DNA from: an uncultured Verrucomicrobiae bacterium
Lineage (GTDB): Bacteria > Verrucomicrobiota > Verrucomicrobiia > Chthoniobacterales > UBA10450
Direction: 5' to 3'
NCBI GenBank assembly: GCA_963735805.1
Contig: CAVTMK010000001.1
Span: 128,001-192,000, forward strand
DNA length: 64,000 nt
The first letter of the stretch is position 1. Each line of letters opens with the position of its first letter. Below, piece by piece: positions 20,883-30,862 of the stretch. The position numbers were made by a program, and so were the translations under genes. The notes beneath the pieces are model-generated. The model ran no database searches. It saw only the letters and a list, made by a program, of their open reading frames with translations, and was not told the origin of the DNA.

Positions 20883-21476
20883 GTGAACAAAGAAGTCCTC
20901 ACGGTTCTGGCCTTGTCTTTCGCGTCAGCCGCTTTAGCTGACGACTTCAGAACGACTGATGGAAAAGTGTACAAGGATGCCATTGTCAACCGCGTCGAGC
21001 CCGACGGCGTTGTTGTGAAAACCAAATCAGGGATCTCAAAGCTATACTTCGCCGAACTCCCAAAAGACGTACAGGAACGCTTCGGTTATGACCCGCAAAA
21101 AGCCAGTGCATATTCTGCGGAGCAAGCCGCCAATTACGCTGTCTATCAAAAACAGCAGGAGCAGGTGCAACGTCAACAAGAAGTCGTGGCGGCGCAGAAA
21201 AAAGCTACGTTCGCTCAACAACAATCAGTAACGAATCGCTTTCAGGTGTTGCAGGACCGTTACGCAGCGCTTCAGCATCAGGAAGACGACTTGCTTCTCC
21301 GAATCGGCGAAGCCAAAAAGCCGGGCCCGGCTTACCGGGGTGGTAAAAACAATAAGACGCTGCTTCACAGCCCTAATCCGCAAGCATCGCAGCTTCCGCT
21401 CCTCCAGAGTCATCTAAAGGACGTTCGTCACGAAAAGGACCAGATCAGGAAGCAATTGGAGAAAGCGCAGCGGTAG
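20883..21476 (+). CDS. Secreted hypothetical protein with coiled coil
   Basis: Signal peptide; DDFRTTDGKVYKDAIVNRVEPDG domain; Gln-rich helix. Confidence 0.7.
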   Translation: MNKEVLTVLALSFASAALADDFRTTDGKVYKDAIVNRVEPDGVVVKTKSGISKLYFAELPKDVQERFGYDPQKASAYSAEQAANYAVYQKQQEQVQRQQEVVAAQKKATFAQQQSVTNRFQVLQDRYAALQHQEDDLLLRIGEAKKPGPAYRGGKNNKTLLHSPNPQASQLPLLQSHLKDVRHEKDQIRKQLEKAQR

Positions 21477-21524
21477 GAACGACGAAAGCGAACGCGTCGG
21501 CGTTTCACACTCCGAAAGCACTTC

Positions 21525-23765
21525 GTGCGAAATTCTTCGAGTCATCAATCTCGTTTTGCCAAAGCTCGCCGCGGGACGAGTTGGTGTCGCCGAAGCGAGT
21601 GGACTTTCGAAGCCCGATGCGTCCTCGCATCGGTTGCTCTCTCCGGGATCGGCCTCATCCAAATAGCATCACAAACTGAAGCGCGCGCCGACAAGGAGGC
21701 ATTTGCGGTTTCTGCCGTTGTCCTTGCCGATCATTCCGTAAACCAGTGTGTGCCAACTCAAGCATTAGGCGCGGGCGTGGACGGTCATGAGAAAGGTGAA
21801 TGCGCGCAGATGTTCACGGATAAGAACATCGCCGAGATGCGATCGGCTGGATTCGGTCCGCTGACGTATCGATTGCGCACCGAACTTGCCGGCGAAGTCT
21901 GGCATTGGAACCCGCGAGGCACCTGGAGTGATCCGGTTCGTCAGTGTGGATACTGGACCTCGGACGATTCGCTCGGCGAACCGATTAACCTTTCCTACGG
22001 CTATCGTTTGCCGCGACGCGGAAATACCATCGATCAGGCAAATGATGACGGTTATTCACGGATCGCTGACGGCGACGAAAAATCTTTTTGGAAAAGCAAT
22101 CCTTATCTCGATTCGTATTTTACCGATGAACCTGAAAATGCTCATCCGCAATGGGTGGTGATCGATCTGGGCGCGATGAAACCGGTTAACTCCGTTCGAA
22201 TTCATTGGGGCGCCCAGTACGCCGAGCAATTCAGAGTGGAATACTGGAGCGGAAACGATCCGATGCATTTGCACGCCGACCAGAAAGACGATTGGCGTCC
22301 TTTTCCAAGTGGAAAAGTGAACCGCGGATCAGGCGGTTATGAATCTGTCCGGCTCTGTTCAAAAGCAGTTCCCGCTCGTTTCGTGCGCGTTGTGATGAAT
22401 CGGAGTTCGCAAACAAGCGTACAAACGTCCAATGATATTCGCGACCGGCTGGGATTTGCGATTCGCGAGATCGAGCTCGGAAAGAGCGACACCCACAATC
22501 GTTTTGATGATTACGTCCGTCACGCGCCCGACCGGTCTCAACAGACAGTGATCTACGTGTCGTCGACCGATCCCTGGCATCGGGCCGAGGACATCGATTA
22601 CAAAATCGAGCAACCGGGGCTCGATTTCATCTTGCGCAGCGCGCTTACGAACGCTTTGCCCGTTCTTGTGCCTGTTGGCGTCTTGTATGATACGCCGGAA
22701 AATGCTGCTGCCGAGATCAGTTATCTGTTAAAAGAAAAGTATCCCCTCGAAGGCATCGAATTAGGCGAAGAACCTGATGGCCAGTGGGCGTCGCCCGAGG
22801 ATTATGGTGCGCTTTATGCCGGTATCGCGCGCCGCCTCTCCATGCTCAGTCCGCTTTTGAAACTCGGAGGACCAAGTCTGCAGAGTTTCGACGAAGAACT
22901 TCTCACGTGGCCCGACGCAGCAGGCAACCGCTCGTGGATGAATCGATTTCTCAAATACGTTCGCACCACCGGCGTACCTTTCGATTTTTGTTCCTTCGAA
23001 TTCTATCCCTTCGACAACATCTGCGCCGATGCAGCGCCACAGCTATTGGAAACTCCAAAGCGTCTCGGCAGAATGATGACTAGCCTGCGAGCAGATGGGG
23101 TTTCTACGGGAATTCCATGGCTAATGACAGAATACGGCTACTCTGTTTTTGCCGGACGCCACGAGGTAGATATCCAGGGCGCTCTCTTCGGCGCAGACAC
23201 GGTGGGAACATTTCTAACACTCGGCGGGTCCAAGCCTTACTTATACGGATACGAGCCAAACTACCTCCAGGACGAGCTGAAGTGTTCCTGGGGCAATCTG
23301 ATGATGCTCCAACTCAACCCAGGCAGCGATCAACTTAATCGGCTATCGGGCTACCATGCTGCCAAACTGATCGCGCGAGAATGGATGCAACCAACAAATG
23401 AGACACATAAGATATTCCCTGTAGCTATAACACAGCAGAAGCCGACGTTATCGCGGATTGTCACTGTCTATGCGGTACGACGACCAGACAAACAATGGGC
23501 TTTGCTGGCGATTAACAAGGATCCCGACCGCGCAGCGCGACTTGTTGTGCAGTTTAGGCTTCCTGGTACACAGCGAGAGGACAGCTTTGTTGGCGACGTG
23601 GATGTTATCCAGTTCTCCCGCGAGCAATACGTGTGGCACGACAATGGACCAAACGGATACCCTAGCCCTACTCTTCCGCCCGCGCACTTCACCCAAAAAG
23701 CGTCTTCATTCTACGATCTGCCACCGTATTCGCTCACTGTCTTGCGCGGAAGGCTTCTGGATTGA
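21525..23765 (+). CDS. Discoidin (F5/8 type C) domain-containing putative glycoside hydrolase
   Basis: [10 protein letters not shown]...QWVVIDLG...ARFVRV; clan-A-like ELGEEPD and MTEYG; start uncertain. Confidence 0.75.
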   Translation: MRNSSSHQSRFAKARRGTSWCRRSEWTFEARCVLASVALSGIGLIQIASQTEARADKEAFAVSAVVLADHSVNQCVPTQALGAGVDGHEKGECAQMFTDKNIAEMRSAGFGPLTYRLRTELAGEVWHWNPRGTWSDPVRQCGYWTSDDSLGEPINLSYGYRLPRRGNTIDQANDDGYSRIADGDEKSFWKSNPYLDSYFTDEPENAHPQWVVIDLGAMKPVNSVRIHWGAQYAEQFRVEYWSGNDPMHLHADQKDDWRPFPSGKVNRGSGGYESVRLCSKAVPARFVRVVMNRSSQTSVQTSNDIRDRLGFAIREIELGKSDTHNRFDDYVRHAPDRSQQTVIYVSSTDPWHRAEDIDYKIEQPGLDFILRSALTNALPVLVPVGVLYDTPENAAAEISYLLKEKYPLEGIELGEEPDGQWASPEDYGALYAGIARRLSMLSPLLKLGGPSLQSFDEELLTWPDAAGNRSWMNRFLKYVRTTGVPFDFCSFEFYPFDNICADAAPQLLETPKRLGRMMTSLRADGVSTGIPWLMTEYGYSVFAGRHEVDIQGALFGADTVGTFLTLGGSKPYLYGYEPNYLQDELKCSWGNLMMLQLNPGSDQLNRLSGYHAAKLIAREWMQPTNETHKIFPVAITQQKPTLSRIVTVYAVRRPDKQWALLAINKDPDRAARLVVQFRLPGTQREDSFVGDVDVIQFSREQYVWHDNGPNGYPSPTLPPAHFTQKASSFYDLPPYSLTVLRGRLLD

Positions 23766-23848
23766 CGGCGCGGCACCGCGCGCGTGCCTAGCTTGTTGGT
23801 CGATGCTTTCACGGCTTTCGCCGCAAAGCCTGCCTCGATGTTGAACGT

Positions 23849-24742
23849 TTACGGAAGTTCTATAACACTGCCCAACCCGGCGTAGAGATACTGATCACCG
23901 AACGCCTTGCGAAAAGCCGTAAAAGCTGGCTCTCCGGTGCAATGCCCCGGCGCCATGCGATCAATTTTCCATTGATCGTGCAACGCCGCGGCGATACGTC
24001 CAATTTCCGGGTCTGGAGTTGTTACCAAATGGAGTCCTCCGAAAACAAGATGAACATGCTTATCCACCGCAATTGATGCTTCCAGTATCTTTTCAATTCC
24101 CGGATGTGAGCATCCGACTCCCAAGACCACACCCTTGGGCGACTTAATCGCCAGCGATAGTTCGCGAAGTTCCAGCGTCCCCGGATTCTGCGAGACTGTC
24201 GCAATCAAAAAGATTCCTGGCACCACTTCAATTAGGTTATCAACCCAGACAAAGTTGGCGTTTGGCCAAGGCGTGCCGAATATCATCTTGTCGGGGGCCT
24301 GCCCATCATAATAACGCATATAAACAGGCAGCGACTCATCCTTTCGATAGAAAGTTCCTGGCAACGCTGCGCCGAACACTCCAAATCCTTCCTTTGGTGC
24401 GTAGATTTTTACACCCGGATTGACACTTAAAAGATAGTTCAGGCCGCTCGTATGATCTCCATGTCGATGGGAAATTACAACGAAATCTAGTTTCTTGAGA
24501 TCGATACCTAATGCTTTGACATTCCGGCCAAAAACATCGGCGTTGTTACCGGTGTCGAAAAGGATACGCTTGCCGCTATATTCGATAAACGCAGAGAATC
24601 CCCAGTCCTTCTTCAGCTGGGAGGACTTTCCAAAAGCATCATAGAGGATAGTGACTCGATTCTCAGGCCGGACAGCTAATGCGGCCATGTTTGATAAAAG
24701 AATAGCTGCCACAATAAAATAAAGACTTGTTCGGGTTCTCAT
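23849..24742 (-). CDS. MBL-fold metallo-hydrolase
   Basis: LFDTG, SHRHGDHTSG, GCSHPG, GGLHL, PGHCTG. Confidence 0.9.
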   Translation of the reverse strand: MRTRTSLYFIVAAILLSNMAALAVRPENRVTILYDAFGKSSQLKKDWGFSAFIEYSGKRILFDTGNNADVFGRNVKALGIDLKKLDFVVISHRHGDHTSGLNYLLSVNPGVKIYAPKEGFGVFGAALPGTFYRKDESLPVYMRYYDGQAPDKMIFGTPWPNANFVWVDNLIEVVPGIFLIATVSQNPGTLELRELSLAIKSPKGVVLGVGCSHPGIEKILEASIAVDKHVHLVFGGLHLVTTPDPEIGRIAAALHDQWKIDRMAPGHCTGEPAFTAFRKAFGDQYLYAGLGSVIELP

Positions 24743-24868
24743 CGTTGTGTTTTCGCGTTCGATTTCTGACGGGACCTCGCTGAGGTTCGGGGGACTTTGA
24801 AGACCAAGGTGCACCCGGCTCGCGTAGTTGCAACAAAGTGCCGAACCCTAGGTAGGTCGCCCGAAGGG

Positions 24869-25963
24869 TTATCGCGCGGAGCTATTCTCTTTAACAAGCA
24901 TCATCTGCGCGAGAGGTATCGTCATTCGAACCGGCGCTGCCGCGAGCCGTGCAGCCAGGCCGGCTTCCAACTCGTCGATGAAGTTTGCCGAACGTGCCTT
25001 ACCGAGCCCTCCATCCAGGTTCGCTGCGAGTGTTGGGAATACCGAAGCCCGGCAAAAAGCAGCCCATTCCGCGCCAAATACGTGAGCGTCATGGCTCGCC
25101 TCGAATTGCGTCCAGATCCGATCTTCGCTATGAAATAACTCGAAATCCGCGATAGACAGATCTGCAAACTGCCCGGTTTTCGCAAATGGCTCCGTAAATT
25201 GGGCTCGGGTTCGACCCACAGTGGGAATGACCATCCGTCGAAATTCTTCCTTCCGAATGAGGCCGCGATTGACCATGTCGATTAGTATCTCGTAAATCGC
25301 ATCCGGTATAGGACGATAACCAAAGTCACCGTTGTCATCAATCGCCATTGTCACCACGACCAACCGGCTACCTGATCGCAACTCCCGACTGCGCATGGCA
25401 AGAAACGTTCGCCAGTCTTCCGCTGCTTGTTGGTCAAACGCACTGCGCGCAGCCGAGTCGTGGCTGTAGGCGACTTGCACCTGGTCTGGAATCGCGCATG
25501 GCACCTGGCTCAACCATTGAACCGCCCACGCGCTCCATCCCAGTGTCACGCTGGACGATGGCAGGATCTGCCCGAAGTAGGAACGCCCGACGGCGGCTGG
25601 AAATGCGGCGGGATCGTTACGAAGATAGCTGTCCGGATCGTTCGCGAGCGTTTGGAAAAGCGCCGTGAAATCGTTGCCAGGCAAGTCAGTGTGAAAGACT
25701 ACAAGCGCTCGCTCTCGACCGACGCGTTCCCTGAGTGCGCGGATCACCGCGGCGATTGGCGGAAGTGAATTATATCCTTCAGAGGAACCATAGTCCACGA
25801 CGACTACCGGTTCCGGCGACGGCGGCAACGCCGTGGTGTGAGCTGCACGTTCCAAAAGCGCCATCGCAGGCAACGAACCGGCCGCCTGCACGGACGAGCT
25901 TCGATTGTATGCGCCCTTTCCCTCCATCGGCGCGGGCTGAATAAACTTGGACGACTCAGTCAT
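24869..25963 (-). CDS. SABATH-like (Methyltransf_7) SAM-dependent carboxyl methyltransferase
   Basis: MEGKGAYNRSS, DYGSSEGYNS, TDLPGNDF, GRSYFGQILP, AVQWLS. Confidence 0.85.
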   Translation of the reverse strand: MTESSKFIQPAPMEGKGAYNRSSSVQAAGSLPAMALLERAAHTTALPPSPEPVVVVDYGSSEGYNSLPPIAAVIRALRERVGRERALVVFHTDLPGNDFTALFQTLANDPDSYLRNDPAAFPAAVGRSYFGQILPSSSVTLGWSAWAVQWLSQVPCAIPDQVQVAYSHDSAARSAFDQQAAEDWRTFLAMRSRELRSGSRLVVVTMAIDDNGDFGYRPIPDAIYEILIDMVNRGLIRKEEFRRMVIPTVGRTRAQFTEPFAKTGQFADLSIADFELFHSEDRIWTQFEASHDAHVFGAEWAAFCRASVFPTLAANLDGGLGKARSANFIDELEAGLAARLAAAPVRMTIPLAQMMLVKENSSAR

Positions 25964-25990
25964 GCCTACTCTCTCAGAACATATATCACG

Positions 25991-26007
25991 CCAGCGCCTG
26001 ATTAGGC
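25991..26007 (-). repeat. attC remnant (inverse-core end only)
   Basis: Minus strand GCCTAAT-CAGGC-GCTGG, containing the RidA stop codon. Confidence 0.45.
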
Positions 26008-26400
26008 ATTCTGTTCATCATCAAGTATGGCATCAGCTTCGAACTCGACTAACCAATCGGGATCAATAAACCTTGTTACCTGCATAACTGTGTTCGCGGG
26101 TCGAATCTCGCCAAAGAACTCGCCATGAACTGCGGCGACTGCCTCCCAGTCCTCGATCCTCACAAGCAGCGTGCGAGTGCGAATCACCTGAGCCAGCGAA
26201 ACGCCAGCCTTTTCCAATGCGGAAGCAATGATCTCAAGGCATCGCCTCGCCTGCAGCGCGGGATCCCCGACGCCGATGGTGCGCCCATCCGGACCAAGCG
26301 GAGCGGTCCCGGAGACCGCAATAACGTTTCCGACCCGCACAGCTCGTGAGATGCCAACCTTCGGCTCGTATGGGCTACCGCTGGAGATGAGTTTGCGCAT
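26002..26400 (-). CDS. RidA/YjgF family protein (cassette)
   Basis: SRAVRVGNVIAVSGT, IRPANT, DWLVEFEADA. Confidence 0.9.
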   Translation of the reverse strand: MRKLISSGSPYEPKVGISRAVRVGNVIAVSGTAPLGPDGRTIGVGDPALQARRCLEIIASALEKAGVSLAQVIRTRTLLVRIEDWEAVAAVHGEFFGEIRPANTVMQVTRFIDPDWLVEFEADAILDDEQNA

Positions 26401-26422
26401 GATTATATAGACAACCGATTAC

Positions 26423-26574
26423 CTCTAACGAAAAAGAGACAAGTCATACCTAGCGTTTTAATAAAGCCAGCCGGAACGGGTGGAGTATAAGTGGGAAACC
26501 GAAGATCGAATGAGCCTGATGGGTGAGTCACGTTGCATCGTAATGGCGCTTTCGGTCTCGTCGTATGGTTAACG
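26423..26574 (-). repeat. attC site, degenerate
   Basis: Minus CGTTAAC-CATAC...ACTTGTC-TCTTTTTC-GTTAGAG. Confidence 0.6.
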
Positions 26575-27047
26575 CGCGCCCATGTCATGAATTCGACCCG
26601 AAAACGAGAGAATGCAAAGTAAGGCGAAGGCTGTGACAAAGACCCCGTGAAAGCTCACGTGCAACGTGTCCGGTCGAATGCCGTTGCGGGCTGGAAGGAA
26701 TGCGTGTGTTTGTGCGAACCGGACTCGGTAACGCTCAGTGCGCAGCGGGTCTTTTACAAAAAGATAAGGAACCCACAAGTTCGGAGCACGCCGTATAGGC
26801 CAGTACCGTAACTCAGCCACAGCAACCACAGTAACCAAGCCGGAAAGTGAGCTTTAACATAGTAAACGCTCGCAGCAAATGCGACTGCAAATGGCAGCGT
26901 ACTGAGCGTTGTGACAAAAAGGAGCTTTCCCGTCGTGTCCGCTGCGCGAATGCCTTCGAGATTGTTTAACTTACCGAGAGGGATCCAGTCATGCAGCGCG
27001 ATGAAGAGCACGACAAGCAGTTGACACACAAGAAAGGCGTAAATCAT
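26569..27047 (-). pseudogene. Frameshifted membrane-protein cassette gene
   Basis: Two overlapping ORFs join (GVLRT-W-WVPYLF) if one G is restored near 26776; stop lies in the attC inverse core. Confidence 0.7.
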
Positions 27048-27053
27048 CGAGCG

Positions 27054-27158
27054 CCCTAATGAGAGCGAGATAAGGCCCCTGACCACTTGAGGCAAGAGAT
27101 TGGCTTTGTTCGCCAGCCTAACGAAAGCCCCCGAGCCGGGTTCATCAACTGGTTAGAC
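27054..27158 (-). repeat. attC site, core mutated to ATT
   Basis: Minus GTCTAAC-CAGTT-GATGAACC...CCTTATC-TCGCTCTC-ATTAGGG. Confidence 0.75.
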
Positions 27159-27290
27159 CTACTCGTGTGGCCTGGGTCAGTGTCATCGCAACCCGGCTCC
27201 TGGAATTCTTTACGCCACTGGGCGTGACGATCACCACAGGTCGCTTTCAATCCGTAAGGCGGCTCAATCGATCTGGGGACGATCACTGCA

Positions 27291-27869
27291 CTAATCATTC
27301 AATCCCTTTCCACTAAGAATCTCCTGCATACATTTTTCAACCCTTAACTCCCGGGTTTTGGACTGTTTGGCTCCAGAAAAATAAAGAATGTATCCTCTTT
27401 GCCTTCCCGGCGTCAGTGCATCAAAAGCAGTTTTCAAGGCAGGCACTTCATCTAGTTTATTTTGAAATTCCTCAGGAATAGGTTCCGGATTCCTTTTGTA
27501 ATTTACCTTTAAACCGGCCTTTTCCACTTCAATGGCTTCATAGATATAGGCTTTCAAGATGGGTTCTTTCTCAGTTATTTCTCGCACATCGGTGAACGGA
27601 ATCCGCCGTGCCGCCTGCCAGCCAAATTTTCTAAGGATACTATTGCGATCATTTAACAAGGCACCTTTGCAAAACAGAAGAGCGCAGAATTCTTTAAATC
27701 CCTGTATTATAACTATGTTACTTTTCTGAAACGTGTAACAAGGTTTACCCCACTTCAATTCTTCGGTCAGCCCACAGTCAAGACTGATCCTTCTCAATGT
27801 CTTCATTTCGTTCTGCCACTTTTTGGTTTTTCTTAAATATTCATCAACCTGAGGATTCATTTTATTCAT
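27291..27869 (-). CDS. YdeI/OmpD-associated (DUF1801) family protein
   Basis: LTEELKWGKPCY, FDALTPGRQRGYILYFSGAKQSKTR. Confidence 0.9.
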   Translation of the reverse strand: MNKMNPQVDEYLRKTKKWQNEMKTLRRISLDCGLTEELKWGKPCYTFQKSNIVIIQGFKEFCALLFCKGALLNDRNSILRKFGWQAARRIPFTDVREITEKEPILKAYIYEAIEVEKAGLKVNYKRNPEPIPEEFQNKLDEVPALKTAFDALTPGRQRGYILYFSGAKQSKTRELRVEKCMQEILSGKGLND

Positions 27870-27927
27870 TTGTTGATAGACTGAAATAAAGTAAGCCTCG
27901 ATTAGGCAATCTAAAAATCGTGAAGTT

Positions 27928-29751
27928 TCACCGCGTCGCGTTCTTCTTCGCCGTGATCGGCGCGAGTGAAGCAACAATTTCTTCAAAGCGCGGATCGCCT
28001 CGCAGCGGATCCCAAAACGGATCCAGACGTATTTCGCCATAGGAGACGCCTGCGGGAAGTCTTGCCAGTGTTTGCAATTGCTGGATCGCCTCATCGCGTT
28101 CTCCCGTCCACGCACAGATCACCGAATAAAAATAAAGGACTTCTGTGCCGTTGAGGGCATCTTTGGTTGCAGGGAGAAGCTCCACTGCCCTGCGACCTTC
28201 CCGAAGCGCTTCTTCGTTCCGCCCAAGCGATGCATCTATTAAGCCCAGGAAACAGAGCTTCGAAGCGTCATCAGGCGCTTTGCGTACTGCCTCTTCCTGC
28301 TCTGCGCGCGCGCCGCTAAAGGCTGCGGACGCGCCGGCTGCGTCTCCCTTCATTCGAGCGACTAACCCTTTAGCGTAAGCCGGGCTAAATTTGACCGTGC
28401 CGATTCCCCTGGCATTCATCACCGGATAATCCAGCGTGGCGAGAGCGCGCTCGGCGGCCACCGGGTCGCGTTCGTACAGACTCACAAAGAAGCGCGCGCG
28501 CGTCAGATCTCTCGCCGAGGCAGGATTCTCAGCGAGAATCTTTTCGAGAACCGCATGCCATGGACGGGTATCGGCCTGTTCATGGAAGTCGATCCAGACC
28601 GGCAGCAACCGCGCATAATTGTTCCTTGTCGGGAGCGCAAGGCCGCGATTAGCAATCTCTCTGGCTCGTTTATACTCGCGCGCGCAAAGATAGGTGAACC
28701 CCGTCCCGAAAAGGATATCATCATTTCGGGGATCCAACTCCACTGCACGTTCGAGGTTATGAAGGGCATCGTCCCAGCGACCCTGTCTTCGATCGATATA
28801 TCCGTTCAGCTCAAAGATTCGCGCATTGTTTGGCAAAGTGCGTACTGCGACGGTGAGCTCGTCCCGGGCGCGCTCGTAATCGAGGTAACCGTAGTAAAAG
28901 TGCAGGGCGGCGGCGAAATGTGCCTCGCCCGAATCCGGGTTTAATTGCAAAGCGGAATTTACTGCCGACTTGGCTAATTCAAGACGGCCCGGCGAGTGAT
29001 CGAGCGCATTCCAGTAGATCCCGTCGTGGGCTCTGGCCAACTGGCAGTATGCCAGAAGAAAAGTCGGATCCCGCGCGATTGCCTGATTGAGTAACTCGAC
29101 AGCTTTGAAAAGATTCGTCTCGCTGCTGAGGCCGTAATAGAGGGACTCTTCAATCAAAGGGACGGCGTGGACATAAAGGTCGTAAGCAACAAGATCTTTG
29201 GTGGGGTGTTCTTGCATCGCTGTTGTTTCGTAAGCTGAAACCTTGACTCCAAGCCGATTCGCGACCGCTTCCGCCACCTCCGCCTCAATCGCGAACACTT
29301 CATTCAAATCGCGATCGTATTCCCCTGCCCAGACGTGTGTGCCGGTGCGAGCATTCACGAGACGCGCATTGACGTGCACCTTGCCGCCGTAACGCCGCAC
29401 AGTGCCATCCAGCAGGTTTAAAACGCCCAGCGCCCTCCCAACCTGGCGCGGATCCTGATTACCACGGTAATGCATGACGCTGGTGTGGCTGATGACCTTG
29501 AGCTCGGAAATTCTTGCCAGCTTGGTCAAAATGTCGTCCTGCACGCCATCGGCAAAAAATGCGTCGTCGTTGTTATAGCTCAGGTTTTCAAACGGCAAGA
29601 CGGCGATGCTCTTCTCCTTTTTTGCAGCACTTGAGACTGATCCGGCGATTGCCGAATGCTTGCGCAGTGATGGGAAAAGGAAAAACGCCGTGGCGCCGAC
29701 AACCAGGATAGCAACTGCCAGAGCGACAATGGCACGACGCTCTTTACTCAT
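27928..29751 (-). CDS. Membrane-anchored TolB-like/TPR protein
   Basis: N-terminal TM, EKSIAVLPFENLS, TPR repeats, LDPFWDPLRGDPRF end. Confidence 0.85.
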   Translation of the reverse strand: MSKERRAIVALAVAILVVGATAFFLFPSLRKHSAIAGSVSSAAKKEKSIAVLPFENLSYNNDDAFFADGVQDDILTKLARISELKVISHTSVMHYRGNQDPRQVGRALGVLNLLDGTVRRYGGKVHVNARLVNARTGTHVWAGEYDRDLNEVFAIEAEVAEAVANRLGVKVSAYETTAMQEHPTKDLVAYDLYVHAVPLIEESLYYGLSSETNLFKAVELLNQAIARDPTFLLAYCQLARAHDGIYWNALDHSPGRLELAKSAVNSALQLNPDSGEAHFAAALHFYYGYLDYERARDELTVAVRTLPNNARIFELNGYIDRRQGRWDDALHNLERAVELDPRNDDILFGTGFTYLCAREYKRAREIANRGLALPTRNNYARLLPVWIDFHEQADTRPWHAVLEKILAENPASARDLTRARFFVSLYERDPVAAERALATLDYPVMNARGIGTVKFSPAYAKGLVARMKGDAAGASAAFSGARAEQEEAVRKAPDDASKLCFLGLIDASLGRNEEALREGRRAVELLPATKDALNGTEVLYFYSVICAWTGERDEAIQQLQTLARLPAGVSYGEIRLDPFWDPLRGDPRFEEIVASLAPITAKKNATR

Positions 29752-29810
29752 TTACTTGTCTCTCAGCTCACACGGTTCCTGGACATAAACATCCCTTCGA
29801 CAACCCGAAA

Positions 29811-29933
29811 GCCTGACGAGAACAAGATGAACTGAGGCGAGCGAAGGCGCGCGTGGCTACGGGTCCCTGGGTTGGACGCATGTGAAGCTGGATATTACGC
29901 CGGCTCGCGGTCGGCTCCATTGCATGCTTAGGC
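29811..29933 (-). repeat. attC site, both cores mutated
   Basis: Minus GCCTAAG-CATGC-AATGGAGC...GTTCATC-TTGTTCTC-GTCAGGC. Confidence 0.75.
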
Positions 29934-29940
29934 GCTGGCA

Positions 29941-30339
29941 TCAACGCAATGCGCTCCCTTTTTTCCATGCACTGCGCACAAACCAAAGCGTGCCGACTGT
30001 TCCGGAAAGGAGAAAGGCGAATGTTCCCATGCCAATAATGAGAGAGACAACATTCGGCACAGGCCATGGTTCAAAGCCGCGTGCCCGCAGAAGGTTTTTG
30101 TAGTGAAAGGCCTGGTACGCCGCGCTGGCAAACCTGACAAAAAGAATCACCGAGGCGAAGGCATAAAGACCGGAGACTAAGCGATACAGCGCACGATCAA
30201 AGCGCCGTTCAGCTACGTAGGTGGCGATGAGCACCGCGAAGGTCAAGGTAATCCAAATTTGAAAAATGGAATCGGTCAGAGCGAGCGTCGCGTAAAGTGT
30301 GCTGTAAATTGCTTCCTGAGATATTGGAGTCGCGGGCAT
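29941..30339 (-). CDS. Small membrane protein (cassette)
   Basis: 132 aa, about three TM helices, bounded by attC sites. Confidence 0.75.
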   Translation of the reverse strand: MPATPISQEAIYSTLYATLALTDSIFQIWITLTFAVLIATYVAERRFDRALYRLVSGLYAFASVILFVRFASAAYQAFHYKNLLRARGFEPWPVPNVVSLIIGMGTFAFLLSGTVGTLWFVRSAWKKGSALR

Positions 30340-30346
30340 ACGGCAG

Positions 30347-30470
30347 GCCTAACGGGATGGAACTGAGCCACCTCTCACGAGAGCGAGCGCGGGAAATATC
30401 GAAAACTGTTTCATAAGATCAAACGTGGACTTCACGACGGACAGCGGTTGGCTTCAGCGACTGGTTAGGC
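30347..30470 (-). repeat. attC site, intact cores
   Basis: Minus GCCTAAC-CAGTC-GCTGAAGC...GCTCAGT-TCCATCCC-GTTAGGC. Confidence 0.88.
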
Positions 30471-30761
30471 CGATGAGGTGGTGTTATCATGTGGCTGCGA
30501 TGGAACTCCGCGTCGTCGAGAGCGAAGACACTCGCAGATGAACAACAACACCGCGAGCAAAAAGCCGATGACGGCGATGGCGCTGAAAATCATTGTGGCG
30601 TGGAAGGCTGCGAAAACCCACGCTGCTTGCGGCGAGAACTTCGAGTGCTCACCCGGTAGCTGACTCGCTCCGATCAAGCGATACTCGATGAAGACAAGTA
30701 CTCCGTAGGTGACTGCATAAGCGGCCAGCACCACAACGACCGCGTGCCGGAAACCCTTCAT
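30465..30761 (-). CDS. Small membrane protein (cassette)
   Basis: ATG 2 nt after core GTTAGAC; TAA inside GCCTAAC. Confidence 0.75.
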   Translation of the reverse strand: MKGFRHAVVVVLAAYAVTYGVLVFIEYRLIGASQLPGEHSKFSPQAAWVFAAFHATMIFSAIAVIGFLLAVLLFICECLRSRRRGVPSQPHDNTTSSA

Positions 30762-30763
30762 CC

Positions 30764-30793
30764 GTCTAACGAGAATCGAGCAGATTTCATGAG
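30764..30793 (-). repeat. attC core end followed by the start of a mini-insert; rest of the site missing
   Basis: Plus GTCTAAC-GAGAA-TCGAGCAGATT, the same junction as at 32348. Confidence 0.6.
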
Positions 30794-30862
30794 CTTCCGG
30801 TCAGTCTCCACCATCCACGCCCTGCTGTTCCGTGAAATCATCTCCAAGCCCCTGGCGTAACC

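Noticed and set aside
20747..21025. N-terminal extension of the GH26 ORF
   Set aside because: Overlaps the divergent gene at 20883; the lipoprotein signal begins at 20746
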